Positions 1 through 8,989 of a stretch of 64,000 nt of DNA are shown here, piece after piece. A program made the translations under genes and the position numbers. The stretch's first letter is position 1; each line of letters opens with the position of its first letter. The notes beneath the pieces were generated by a model. The model did not search any database. It saw only the letters and a list, made by a program, of their open reading frames with translations, and was not told where the DNA came from. The DNA lies in sequence record OQ790161.1, one strand, 5' to 3'.

Positions 1-1
1 C

Positions 2-229
2 TACCACACCTACCAAGATGGCTCGCAGATCACCGGCACTGCACTGCACACCTTCGAAGTGGGCTTTCGTGTCACCAACCTGTACGACTATCAGGCCGAG
101 CTGAAGATGGACTTGCAAGACATCCGAGTCTTCCTCAATGGTCTGGTGCGACGGCACTTCGAGATCCAGATGCTGTTGGGTACCAGTCATCGGGGGTTTG
201 TCATCCGCGACCTCGAGTGGCGTCTGTAA
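2..229 (+). CDS. 3' end of hypothetical protein (truncated by window start)
   Basis: Open frame from nt 2 (YHTYQDGSQITG...RDLEWRL) to TAA at 227-229; phage-like codon usage. Confidence 0.65.
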   Translation, partial: YHTYQDGSQITGTALHTFEVGFRVTNLYDYQAELKMDLQDIRVFLNGLVRRHFEIQMLLGTSHRGFVIRDLEWRL

Positions 230-287
230 GGGTAAGGTGAAAACTTACGGGCGGGCGGGATAGTACGTACCCCGTTATGCCCTTGGA

Positions 288-2027
288 ATGAACATGTCCC
301 TGAAGATTGAACCGCGTATCGTACCGACGTACAACGATGCGGATTGGCCCGCTTCGATTCCGCCTGTGATCAGGCGGATTTATGCTGCACGCGGCTCGGT
401 TCGTCCGGAAACCGTGGAGCACACTCTCAAGAAGATGCTCCACTGGAAAGAACTCGGGGGCATCATTCCCGCTGCCAAGCTGATCGCTCAAGCCATCCGT
501 GAACAGTGGTGGATCACCATTGCAGGCGACTTTGACTGCGACGGAGCCACCGGCACCTCGGTGGCCTATCGCGGGTTGAAGATGATGGGCGCACAGAACG
601 TCAAGTACATCGTCCCCAATCGCTTCAAGCACGGCTACGGCCTGTCGCCGGGGTTGGTGGATGACATGGACGCACGGACCCAGTTGATCATCACGGTCGA
701 CTCGGGTGTGTCCAACGTTGATGGGGTAGCCCGTGCCAAAGAGCTCGGCCGTAAGGTCGTGATCACCGACCACCATCTACCCGGTGACGTTCTGCCGGAT
801 GCTGATGCCATCGTCAATCCCAACCTGCGTGGCGATCCGTTCCCCTCCAAGGCCTTGGCCGGTGTGGGGGTGATGTTCTACGTGCTGCTGGCTACCCGCC
901 ATGTCATGCGCATGGACGATGATCCGCAGCGTGGGGAGCCGGATCTGGTGGACCTGTTGGATCTGGTGGCACTGGGGACGATTGCCGATCTGGTACCGCT
1001 GGATCAGAACAACCGCATCCTCGTGGCCGCTGGCCTGCGTCGTATCCGGGCCGGTAAGATCAGTCCGGGTCTGAAGGGGTTGATCGAGCGGGCCGGCAAG
1101 AACATCGCCGAGCTGACCGCCACCGACTTTGCCTTTGCCGTGGGTCCGCGTTTGAATGCGGCCGGCCGGATGGATGACATGTCCATTGGCATCACCGCAC
1201 TGGTCAGTACCGATCCGGATCAGATCATCTACTACACCGACATGCTGGAGGACATCAACAACTCCCGTAAAGAACGTCAGCAGGAAATGATCGGTGAGGC
1301 CGAGCAGTTGCTGGCTGTCTCCGGTGACTCCACGGCCAAGGGCGTGGTGGTCTACGATCCCAGCTGGCATTCGGGCATCGTGGGCTTGGTTTCCTCCAAG
1401 CTGAAAGAGTCGCTGTATCGTCCGGTGATTGCACTGGCGCCGGCAGAAGCAGGCAGCACGGAACTGCGTGGTTCGTGCCGTTCGATCCCCGGCTTCCATC
1501 TGCGCGATGCACTGGCGCTGGTGGATGCACGTAATCCCGGCTTGATGAAGAAGTTCGGTGGTCATGCCATGGCCGCTGGCTTGAGCATGCACATCGATGG
1601 CGTGGAGCAGTTCTCCAAGGCCTTTGCTGAAGTGGCCGAAGAGATGCTCACCGATGACTTGCTCAATGCGGTGATCCACACCGACGGGGAGTTGCCGGAA
1701 GGGTGCTTCAATGCCGACTTTGTGGACATGCTCGACAGCTACGGTCCGTGGGGCCAAGGCTTCCCGCAGCCGATCTTTGAGAACGTCTTTGACATCGACG
1801 GTCAGTACTGCCGCGTTCTCAACAACAAAGCCACCCAACAGCCTGCTCACTTGAAGCTTGCCTTGATCGATCCGCGCGATGGTAGTTACGTGGAGGGCAT
1901 CCAGTTCAACTCGGAGTTCCTCGAGAACATCCCCCACAAAGCCAAGATCGTTTTTGAAATGAGCATCAACAGCTTCCGCGGTGAACGCAAACCGCAGTTG
2001 ATGGTCCGACACATTCACCCGATGTAA
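288..2027 (+). CDS. recJ: Single-stranded DNA 5'-3' exonuclease RecJ (DHH/DHHA1 family)
   Basis: Motifs GDFDCDG, HGYGLS, ITVDSG, TDHH, LVALGTIAD, GPRLNAAGR, GSCRS, FGGHAMAAG, PWGQGFPQP. Confidence 0.96.
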   Translation: MNMSLKIEPRIVPTYNDADWPASIPPVIRRIYAARGSVRPETVEHTLKKMLHWKELGGIIPAAKLIAQAIREQWWITIAGDFDCDGATGTSVAYRGLKMMGAQNVKYIVPNRFKHGYGLSPGLVDDMDARTQLIITVDSGVSNVDGVARAKELGRKVVITDHHLPGDVLPDADAIVNPNLRGDPFPSKALAGVGVMFYVLLATRHVMRMDDDPQRGEPDLVDLLDLVALGTIADLVPLDQNNRILVAAGLRRIRAGKISPGLKGLIERAGKNIAELTATDFAFAVGPRLNAAGRMDDMSIGITALVSTDPDQIIYYTDMLEDINNSRKERQQEMIGEAEQLLAVSGDSTAKGVVVYDPSWHSGIVGLVSSKLKESLYRPVIALAPAEAGSTELRGSCRSIPGFHLRDALALVDARNPGLMKKFGGHAMAAGLSMHIDGVEQFSKAFAEVAEEMLTDDLLNAVIHTDGELPEGCFNADFVDMLDSYGPWGQGFPQPIFENVFDIDGQYCRVLNNKATQQPAHLKLALIDPRDGSYVEGIQFNSEFLENIPHKAKIVFEMSINSFRGERKPQLMVRHIHPM

Positions 2028-2032
2028 AAGGA

Positions 2033-2281
2033 ATGACAATGGCCAAAGAAACCGAGTTGCGCAAGATTGCCCGCAATCCCCGCAAGTGGTACAACAAACA
2101 ACCACTGCACTCCAACCTGCGACAGGCAGGTAAGACGGCTTTGGCCTTTGCCTTCTCAGAGACTGTCTTTCGCTTGGTGTTCAATCACCCCCAGCGCATG
2201 CGTGGATTGTTCGTCCATGCTCGTAAGGGCAAGTTCCTGCGCCCGCACAAGCGTCGGACCAGTTGGGTGGATGCGCGATGA
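2033..2281 (+). CDS. Small basic protein, RGxFxHxxKGK-motif family member 1
   Basis: 82 aa, K/R-rich, contains MRGLFVHARKGKFLRPH; ATGA overlap with next ORF. Confidence 0.7.
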   Translation: MTMAKETELRKIARNPRKWYNKQPLHSNLRQAGKTALAFAFSETVFRLVFNHPQRMRGLFVHARKGKFLRPHKRRTSWVDAR

Positions 2282-2490
2282 AGAACCATTACCGCTTCCC
2301 TGTATTCTACACGCCCTACAATTGGCAGCTGGAGAAGATCTATCCCCGGTACCAACTGAGTCGTCAACGAGAGCAGCGCGGACGGTTCGTGCATTCCCGT
2401 AAGGGTAAGTCGATGCGTCGCCATCCGGTGCGCAAGACCGGACGTACCTTCCACCGTCGCAAGCCTTTCTCCCTTCAAATCGCAGGTTAG
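2278..2490 (+). CDS. Small basic protein, RGxFxHxxKGK-motif family member 2
   Basis: ATG 2278 overlaps upstream stop; contains QRGRFVHSRKGKSMRRH. Confidence 0.7.
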   Translation: MKNHYRFPVFYTPYNWQLEKIYPRYQLSRQREQRGRFVHSRKGKSMRRHPVRKTGRTFHRRKPFSLQIAG

Positions 2491-2492
2491 TC

Positions 2493-2813
2493 ATGGGTCT
2501 TTCAAACCAAAGCCGTGATGACCTTCAGCGCCAAGTTGAAGGTTTGTTTCTTCAGTCCGGCGTCCTTCTGCGCCTGAAAGTCGCCCGACGGTTCGCCCGT
2601 CAGGTACAGAAGGATCTGCGAGGTCTCCCACCCGGACTTGCAGCCGCTAAGGCGTATCAACTGCGCCTGCAAGCCCTCAACCGCTACGTCGTGGACATCT
2701 CTTCCCGGCGAGCTAATTTGCGTGGTCGTTTCGTGCGACACCACAAGAACGCCCGCTTGTGTGATCACCGGTTGACTCGGTTGCGGACGTTCCGTTTCAA
2801 GAAGGCGCCGTGA
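2493..2813 (+). CDS. Small basic protein, degenerate family member 3
   Basis: 106 aa; contains LRGRFVRHHK; tightly packed in operon. Confidence 0.65.
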   Translation: MGLSNQSRDDLQRQVEGLFLQSGVLLRLKVARRFARQVQKDLRGLPPGLAAAKAYQLRLQALNRYVVDISSRRANLRGRFVRHHKNARLCDHRLTRLRTFRFKKAP

Positions 2814-3163
2814 TGGGACTGGGCGCTCGCTGGAAGGATCGTCAGGATCGCATGCGTTTGGCTAAGCAACTGCAAAGGCAGCAAGCCGAACGAGAAGCGG
2901 ATTTCCAAGAACGTTACGAGATCTCCGAAGCTTTCAACCGGCGGTATGTGTTCAAGCACCCCTATCCCGGTGCGGTGGAGGCGTCCATTCCCGACAAGAC
3001 CGCACAGGTGGTACTTGGTCGGCGCGGTGATGGTGCCCGTCGGTGGATGTGTCACACCTGCAACAAAATCCATGCCCCCACGCATTACTCCCTCTTAGTC
3101 GGCCTGTGTTATCCGGCCTGCTGTGGAAACCAAGCGGGCGGCCGTATTCGCAACAACTGGTAA
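2810..3163 (+). CDS. Hypothetical protein with C-terminal Cys cluster (putative Zn-binding)
   Basis: CHTC...CYPACC; GTGA overlap with upstream gene. Confidence 0.7.
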   Translation: MMGLGARWKDRQDRMRLAKQLQRQQAEREADFQERYEISEAFNRRYVFKHPYPGAVEASIPDKTAQVVLGRRGDGARRWMCHTCNKIHAPTHYSLLVGLCYPACCGNQAGGRIRNNW

Positions 3164-3175
3164 AAGGAAACTGCC

Positions 3176-3844
3176 ATGTACAACATCACCTTGATTTCGC
3201 TGGACCTTACGGCCCGTGCAGTGGTTGAAACTTGCTTGGAGGACATCTTCTTCGGCGATGTCATGCGCAAGACCGACACCCAAGTCAACTACAGCCAAGA
3301 AGGACTGGTCGAACATCTGGCCAGCGGTCGTCGGTACGATGCGATCATCACGCCGGGTAACGGCCATGGTCACATGACCGGTGGGTTCGACGGTGCACTG
3401 ATCGATGTGTTCGGTCAGGAACTGGATGAGCGCGTGCGCGCTGACATCGAAAGCAACTGGCTGGGTGAGCTGCCGGTGGGTAACGCCCGCATGTATCACC
3501 TGGGCCGTGACGAAGCCAGCTGGATGGTGTACTCCCCGACCATGCGTGTTCCCAAGATCCTGGAAGCCAACAGCGAAGCGCCGTACATCTCCACGCTCGC
3601 TGCCTTCCAGCGCATCAACCGCTACAACCTCAACAAGCCCAAACTGTCCCCGCACATCACCGACATCCTGTTGCCGATGATGGCCGGCGGTACGGCGCGG
3701 TTGGATCCTCGTACGGTGGTGCGTCAGATGCAGCTGGCTCTGATGCGCGCTGTGGCACCGCAGCCTGTGCGGGACATCTTCGATGACGGTCAGGTGGTGG
3801 ACAAGCAGATCACCGGCCGCCGTTACAATGGGAACTACCGATGA
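3176..3844 (+). CDS. Macrodomain (ADP-ribose binding / Appr-1-p processing) protein
   Basis: DAIITPGNGHGHMTGGFDGAL resembles the macro signature D(A/C)IV(N/S)(A/P)AN..GGG.D.AI; GELPVG and PTMRVP also typical; AAGGAAA RBS. Confidence 0.82.
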   Translation: MYNITLISLDLTARAVVETCLEDIFFGDVMRKTDTQVNYSQEGLVEHLASGRRYDAIITPGNGHGHMTGGFDGALIDVFGQELDERVRADIESNWLGELPVGNARMYHLGRDEASWMVYSPTMRVPKILEANSEAPYISTLAAFQRINRYNLNKPKLSPHITDILLPMMAGGTARLDPRTVVRQMQLALMRAVAPQPVRDIFDDGQVVDKQITGRRYNGNYR

Positions 3845-4317
3845 GCCATAACCCGCATGACATCCGCGCACGCCAAGACGTGCGTGACATCGTCGATCAC
3901 TTCTTCAGTGCTCTGGAAGTCACCCTGCGCAAGGGTCAGGAGAATGGCAAACATCTCCAAGCCTTGTCGCGTAGCGGGGTCTTCCATCCTTCGTTCCTGC
4001 ACAGTCGCAAGATCGCCTATCATCCGCTCAAGGCCAAGCCGGTGGCTGATGTGGCCGAGCGCGTGGAAAGCTTCACGCTGGAACTGAACCAGCCGTGGAG
4101 TGCACTGGTGCGTGATCGTACCTTTGCCACCACTGTCATCACCCAAGTCAAGGGACTGATCGATCGGTGCGTTGAGCACATCGTCTCCCTGCCGCAGGTC
4201 GAAGACGGTCAGAACGGCAACGTTTGGTGGCCGGTGGTGATCAAGGGCAACTACACCGGCAACGGCCGCAACATCACCATCGAAATCCATTCGCGCCTGC
4301 TCAACTGGCGCACCTAA
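3841..4317 (+). CDS. Hypothetical protein
   Basis: 158-aa ORF, ATGA overlap, phage codon usage. Confidence 0.75.
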   Translation: MSHNPHDIRARQDVRDIVDHFFSALEVTLRKGQENGKHLQALSRSGVFHPSFLHSRKIAYHPLKAKPVADVAERVESFTLELNQPWSALVRDRTFATTVITQVKGLIDRCVEHIVSLPQVEDGQNGNVWWPVVIKGNYTGNGRNITIEIHSRLLNWRT

Positions 4318-4326
4318 GGGATTGCC

Positions 4327-4446
4327 ATGAAACCTAATCTGCGCGACATCCTGTTGACCATGCTCATCATGGCCTTGGCCGCCTTCGCACTGTGGGCGGC
4401 CGTTGGCATGAAGGAAGCCCACGCACAGGAGACGACCCATGTTTAA
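4327..4446 (+). CDS. Small single-pass membrane peptide (39 aa)
   Basis: MKPNLRDILLTMLIMALAAFALWAAVGMKEAHAQETTHV; AAGGGA RBS; not in supplied ORF track. Confidence 0.6.
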   Translation: MKPNLRDILLTMLIMALAAFALWAAVGMKEAHAQETTHV

Positions 4447-4711
4447 CATCAGCGGCCGTGATTTCCTCATGGCGATTGTCGGGGCGTTGCTGCTGACGAT
4501 CGTGACAGCCGTCCAAGGCTGCAAGCAGGTACCCCCGTCCGAGCGGGAAGGTACCGGTAAGGTGGTGAGTCCGTCGGCACCGGCCGAGGAGAACGTGACG
4601 CGCATCAGTAGGAACATCACGCGTACCGAAGACAAGGAAAAGAATGTCGTGTGTTACAACTACGACAATCCCAGGTCCCTCCATCACTCCCTCTCCTGCC
4701 TCAAGGACTAA
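4439..4711 (+). CDS. Putative lipoprotein
   Basis: Hydrophobic N-terminus ending in lipobox-like VQGC; GGAG RBS. Confidence 0.65.
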   Translation: MFNISGRDFLMAIVGALLLTIVTAVQGCKQVPPSEREGTGKVVSPSAPAEENVTRISRNITRTEDKEKNVVCYNYDNPRSLHHSLSCLKD

Positions 4712-4713
4712 CT

Positions 4714-5127
4714 GTGTCTGTACAAGCCAAGATTACCGCACACATCCTGGAAGTGCTCACCACCCTGGCACAGAACCACCGCAAGCATCCCGGTGAGGAA
4801 GTCAAGGCCGAGCTGGAACAAATGCAGCACTTCCTCCCCGAACGCCACCGCGAGCGTTTCAAGGAGGACTTCAAGGACGCCGCGCAGTTCCGTACCTACG
4901 GTCAGTTCGCTGCAACCGATGAAGCGATCTCGGTGAACTTCCTGCCGATGTACGCCAACTTCGTGGCCGCTCAGCTGGCCACGCCGCTGGAGCACTATAT
5001 CCCCGAGTCCATTCCGATCAAGCTGATCATCACGATCAGTCCGGAAGGGCTGGGGCTGATCGAATTCCATTGGGCTTACTCGATGGTCCTGCGCACCACC
5101 AACCCCAACAACCATAACAACGCCTGA
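4714..5127 (+). CDS. Hypothetical protein
   Basis: GTG start after AAGGA RBS within ORF 4651..5127. Confidence 0.7.
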   Translation: MSVQAKITAHILEVLTTLAQNHRKHPGEEVKAELEQMQHFLPERHRERFKEDFKDAAQFRTYGQFAATDEAISVNFLPMYANFVAAQLATPLEHYIPESIPIKLIITISPEGLGLIEFHWAYSMVLRTTNPNNHNNA

Positions 5128-6053
5128 TGGATCCCAACGAACTTTTCCGCCGGCTCGGACGACCCGTGCCGGCTCACCTGCAGCACCACTTCAATCAACA
5201 AGAAGAACCCATGAACCGCAACAACGAATACAACTTCTGGACCTCCAAGCTGGCGGTCGCCTTTTACGCCCTGATCGTGGGCTTCCTGTTCCTGCTGATC
5301 TTCAACCCGGTCAAGCGCGTCAAGACCGAGGTCGGCAATCAGACCGTGGTGGTGGACACCCCGCTGATCTTCGGCAGCGGCGGCGTGCGACCCAAGGCCC
5401 TGGAACCGGGTGCCGAATGGATCTGGCGGACGACCAACCTGTACCCGGTCAACCCCAAGCCGTTCATCATCACCCGTGCGATCGACGATTTCGTCTCGGT
5501 GGACAACATCCTGCTGGACTTCGAGTCCACCGTCACCGTGCAGGTTACCGACTGGCCGCGCATGATGAAGGACTTCGGTCCGGAGTGGTGGAAGAACAAC
5601 CTGGAGCGTCCGTACTTCTCCTTCGTGCGCGAAGAGATCAAGGTGCGTTCGATGAAGGAAATGATGTCCTCGATCACCGCCTCCAAGGAAGTCGATGACA
5701 GCCTGACCGAAGATCTGACCAACAAGGTCAAGGAGCTGAACCTGCCGGTGAAGATCGTGGAGATCAACCTCGGCCGCGCCAAGCCCAACTCCAAGATCCT
5801 GGAACAGATGAACGACACCGCCGCCGAGCAGCAGCGCTTGCTGACGCTGGAGCAGTCCCGTCTGGCCGAAGTCAAGCGTGCCGAGCAGCAGGACGCCAAG
5901 GCGATCGCTGACAACGCCTACCGCAACAAGATCGGTCTGAACGTGAGCGAGTTCGTCCAGATGCAGCTGGCAGACAAGCAGATCGAAGCGTGCCGCGTCG
6001 CCAAGGAATGTGTGATCCTGCCGCCGGGTACTTCCACCGTCGTCGGCCGTTAA
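5127..6053 (+). CDS. SPFH / band-7 (prohibitin/stomatin-like) membrane protein
   Basis: N-terminal TM helix, then beta-rich SPFH-like domain (DDFVSVDNILLDFESTVTVQVTD...VKIVEINLG) and coiled-coil tail; alternative start 5211. Confidence 0.8.
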   Translation: MDPNELFRRLGRPVPAHLQHHFNQQEEPMNRNNEYNFWTSKLAVAFYALIVGFLFLLIFNPVKRVKTEVGNQTVVVDTPLIFGSGGVRPKALEPGAEWIWRTTNLYPVNPKPFIITRAIDDFVSVDNILLDFESTVTVQVTDWPRMMKDFGPEWWKNNLERPYFSFVREEIKVRSMKEMMSSITASKEVDDSLTEDLTNKVKELNLPVKIVEINLGRAKPNSKILEQMNDTAAEQQRLLTLEQSRLAEVKRAEQQDAKAIADNAYRNKIGLNVSEFVQMQLADKQIEACRVAKECVILPPGTSTVVGR

Positions 6054-6060
6054 ACCCATC

Positions 6061-6082
6061 GAGGGGCTGGCAACAGCCCCTC
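6061..6082 (+). terminator. GC-rich hairpin, GCAA loop
   Basis: GAGGGGCTG-GCAA-CAGCCCCTC just after SPFH stop. Confidence 0.65.
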
Positions 6083-6101
6083 CTCTACTGAAGGACATGT
6101 C

Positions 6102-6689
6102 ATGGATGTTCTGAAGAAAGACGGTTCCAAAGAGCCGTTCGACGTTTCCAAGATGCCCGCCGTGATCATTGCCGCATGCGACCCCGGTGTGCCTGGGGCG
6201 GAGAAGACAGTGATCGAGTGGCAGCCGAAGTGGCCCTCGGTCAAGAACCTCGGTGGTGAACTGAAGGCGCTAGTTGATGGCGAATACGCCGACTGGCGAC
6301 TGGCACAAGGCGAGGATTTCAACACGCCGGTTCACTTGGTGGCACATGTGCAGGAATGGCCCTATCGCTTCGTCGTCGATTTCCTGCAACGCCTGCCGAC
6401 CCTCGTCAAGCTGACCGGGTTTGCTTCGATCGAAGTCAAGGGTCCGCCTTCCCCGTCTGAGCGCACCGATGAACAATGGCACGAAGAAACGATGCGTGTC
6501 CTGCGCACGCTCAACGGACCTGAAGTCTTCGTCACTTCCGATGGCGGAGCTATCCTCTCCAAGGGCTGCATCGTTGCTCTGGTGGAAGAACTGCACAAGC
6601 GGGCTTTCGCTGGTACCACGGTGATCGACCTTAAAGATCCGTTGCAGGCTCAGCTCATTGAGGCAGCGACGCCCAAGGAACAGGGGTGA
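6102..6689 (+). CDS. Hypothetical protein with ATP-cone-like N-terminus
   Basis: Starts MDVLKKDGSKEPFDVSKM, compare this window's NrdA start MLKTVIKRDGSREDFTPSKI. Confidence 0.7.
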   Translation: MDVLKKDGSKEPFDVSKMPAVIIAACDPGVPGAEKTVIEWQPKWPSVKNLGGELKALVDGEYADWRLAQGEDFNTPVHLVAHVQEWPYRFVVDFLQRLPTLVKLTGFASIEVKGPPSPSERTDEQWHEETMRVLRTLNGPEVFVTSDGGAILSKGCIVALVEELHKRAFAGTTVIDLKDPLQAQLIEAATPKEQG

Positions 6690-7033
6690 GCATGGAACGT
6701 CAAAGTAGTGTCGCCGAGATCTCCTTTCCCACGCGTATCTGTATCACCGATGCGGTTGACCACGTGGCCGCCGGTCAGCTCCCCGCATTGTTGGCCAGTA
6801 AGCCGGATAACTGGGCGGTGTCACCGACGTCGGTGGCTACTTACCTGCGGGGCAAGTACGTCATGCGTCGTAAGGGTCGTGCGGTGCGTCGGGGCGTCAA
6901 GCTCAAGCCTACCGAGATCTCTTGGGTCATCGACATCACCGAAGAGCGCAAACGTACCGATGCACAGGGCAATGTGTCGTTTGAATTCGGTGCTCAAGAA
7001 ACGCTGACCATCCACAAGGTCACCGGGCCGTGA
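6686..7033 (+). CDS. Hypothetical protein
   Basis: 115-aa ORF overlapping neighbours by 4 nt. Confidence 0.65.
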   Translation: MSMERQSSVAEISFPTRICITDAVDHVAAGQLPALLASKPDNWAVSPTSVATYLRGKYVMRRKGRAVRRGVKLKPTEISWVIDITEERKRTDAQGNVSFEFGAQETLTIHKVTGP

Positions 7034-7326
7034 CTTGGCGCATGCGGCTGCGTTTGGGACTATATGCGTTCGGTCCCACCTTCCTCACCTACGGGCCGGA
7101 GGAAGTCAAACTGGAAAATACGCTGGAGTTGATCTTGCGTTATATCCGGGGCGAGCACCAAACCAACAAAGGGCGCATTGCGCTCAGCTTCACTCGGGAC
7201 GGAGAGGAGTGTTACACCCTCAGTACCGATTGGACGCAAAGCGAAGACGCTTTCATCGAGAAGTGTCGCGAACGCATTACGTGGTTCTGTGATCATCACC
7301 GAATCCCGTTGCAGAACGGAGTGTAA
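7030..7326 (+). CDS. Hypothetical protein
   Basis: 98-aa ORF, GTGA overlap. Confidence 0.6.
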   Translation: MTWRMRLRLGLYAFGPTFLTYGPEEVKLENTLELILRYIRGEHQTNKGRIALSFTRDGEECYTLSTDWTQSEDAFIEKCRERITWFCDHHRIPLQNGV

Positions 7327-7382
7327 GCTCCCGCACTGCGGGCGCGTTAGTCCCGCTTATCCGTTGTACCCAGGAAGACACC

Positions 7383-8246
7383 ATGGACCATTCTGAAGGA
7401 ATCCAGATCCCCAAAGGGGTTCTGCCTCAGGTCACACGTATCAAACCTGGACTGGCACTGCTGTTCAAATCTCCCCAGATGGATGTGCGTATTCTCAATG
7501 AACACGCCAGCTATTTGGATGAAAGGCTCGGCAAGCTGCGTCCTTCTTTCACCGAAGCCAACGCCACAGGCGACTGGCAGTCTCTGCAGGATAGACTGAT
7601 CCGCTTGCGCAATGAAGCCATTGCCAACAAGCGCGTGTTCTTCGTCCTGCTCGAACCGTTTGCCCAGCGTGAGCAGATGTTGCAAGCCCTGGCCGATCAC
7701 GTGTTCGTTTATGCCAAGTGCATGAACACTACCTTGTTCCATACCGCCAAACACAATGGCAATGTCAGTGTAGCGTTCGGTCCGGTTTGCACCGAGGTAG
7801 TTCGCATCTATCGTCAGGTCCCGTCCAAGTCTGAGCGCCGATACATTCGTGTTGAAGTGCCCGAAGGTGTGGATCAAGACGCAGCTGAAAAGCAGGTCAA
7901 AGAAGTGCTGGCTACCATCCAGAGCGAGACTCGCACACTGCACCAGATCAGCGTCCACGCCAATCTCCAACAGGACTGTGGGATTCTGGTCGAAAGCATC
8001 TATCGACCCTTCGTTAAGGTACCCTCCCGCAAGGCGATCCTTGAGAACCTCAAGAAGGTCACCAGCAAACCTCACTGGCCCTACAGCGTGCCCGTCAAGC
8101 GGGTGACGTTCAAGATGAACTCCGATTTGATGATGGAGCTCATCCGTGAGGACGAGGAAACCGATGCCAAGTTCTACCGGCGCTTTGACCAAGCGCTGAA
8201 GCACTACTTGGAAAACTACGAACTGAGCAGCGACGTTGAGGTGTGA
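7383..8246 (+). CDS. Hypothetical protein
   Basis: 287-aa ORF with AGGAAG RBS. Confidence 0.78.
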   Translation: MDHSEGIQIPKGVLPQVTRIKPGLALLFKSPQMDVRILNEHASYLDERLGKLRPSFTEANATGDWQSLQDRLIRLRNEAIANKRVFFVLLEPFAQREQMLQALADHVFVYAKCMNTTLFHTAKHNGNVSVAFGPVCTEVVRIYRQVPSKSERRYIRVEVPEGVDQDAAEKQVKEVLATIQSETRTLHQISVHANLQQDCGILVESIYRPFVKVPSRKAILENLKKVTSKPHWPYSVPVKRVTFKMNSDLMMELIREDEETDAKFYRRFDQALKHYLENYELSSDVEV

Positions 8247-8247
8247 G

Positions 8248-8925
8248 ATGAGCGAGAATCCCATTGATTTGATTGGTCAGCTGGCTGACGAGACCGGTGG
8301 TGCCGTGACCGAGATCGGTCTCCTTCCGGACGGCAGTGGCTTTGCTACGTTGTCCACACCCTTGCCGGCCGATCACTGGATCTACGAGCGCGTGGCCTTC
8401 AACGGCGGTCCGGAGGAGTTCTGCCCGCCGGCAGCGTGGACCATGCTCGTGGGCGGTCACACCCAGGTGCGCCGTTACTTGGCCGAGGTCCTGCGTCCGG
8501 GCATTATGGCCGGTGTGCGTGACGCTACTCGGGGTGGTCGTGACGATGACTTCGATCCGGACGTGGTGGTCAACCAGTCCATCAACGGCCTGCTGGGTGT
8601 GCACACCGAATCGGGTATGTCCACCAATCCGGAAGATCGCGCACTGTTCGATACGCCCACGCCGGGTTCGCTGAAGGACGTCCTGCTCAAGGCCATTGCT
8701 CTGGCCATCGATGATGGCGTGATCTCTTACCAGGAAGCCTACAAGGCCATCGGTCCGCTGAACGTGATGAAGGTAGCCACTGCCCGTCGCACCGAACTGC
8801 GGCAGCGTCAGATCGAAGAAAAGCGCCAGACGTTCTTGGAAGGCAAGTTGGGTTGGGAAGGCATGGACACCGACCCGGACATCGCCGACCTGTGGGCCGA
8901 ACGGCAAGCGCAGCAGTCGCAGTAA
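8248..8925 (+). CDS. Conserved phage hypothetical protein
   Basis: LPDGSGFAT..PLP.DHW and DFDPD motifs that I recall from phage hypothetical proteins; followed by hairpin. Confidence 0.75.
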   Translation: MSENPIDLIGQLADETGGAVTEIGLLPDGSGFATLSTPLPADHWIYERVAFNGGPEEFCPPAAWTMLVGGHTQVRRYLAEVLRPGIMAGVRDATRGGRDDDFDPDVVVNQSINGLLGVHTESGMSTNPEDRALFDTPTPGSLKDVLLKAIALAIDDGVISYQEAYKAIGPLNVMKVATARRTELRQRQIEEKRQTFLEGKLGWEGMDTDPDIADLWAERQAQQSQ

Positions 8926-8936
8926 GCAGCATAAGT

Positions 8937-8956
8937 CCCTCCCCTTTTGGGGAGGG
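8937..8956 (+). terminator. Hairpin terminator
   Basis: CCCTCCCC-TTTT-GGGGAGGG, preceded by GCATAAG, followed by a T-rich tract. Confidence 0.75.
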
Positions 8957-8989
8957 GTCTTTTCCTTTCTTTTTGGATGAAAGCGAAAC

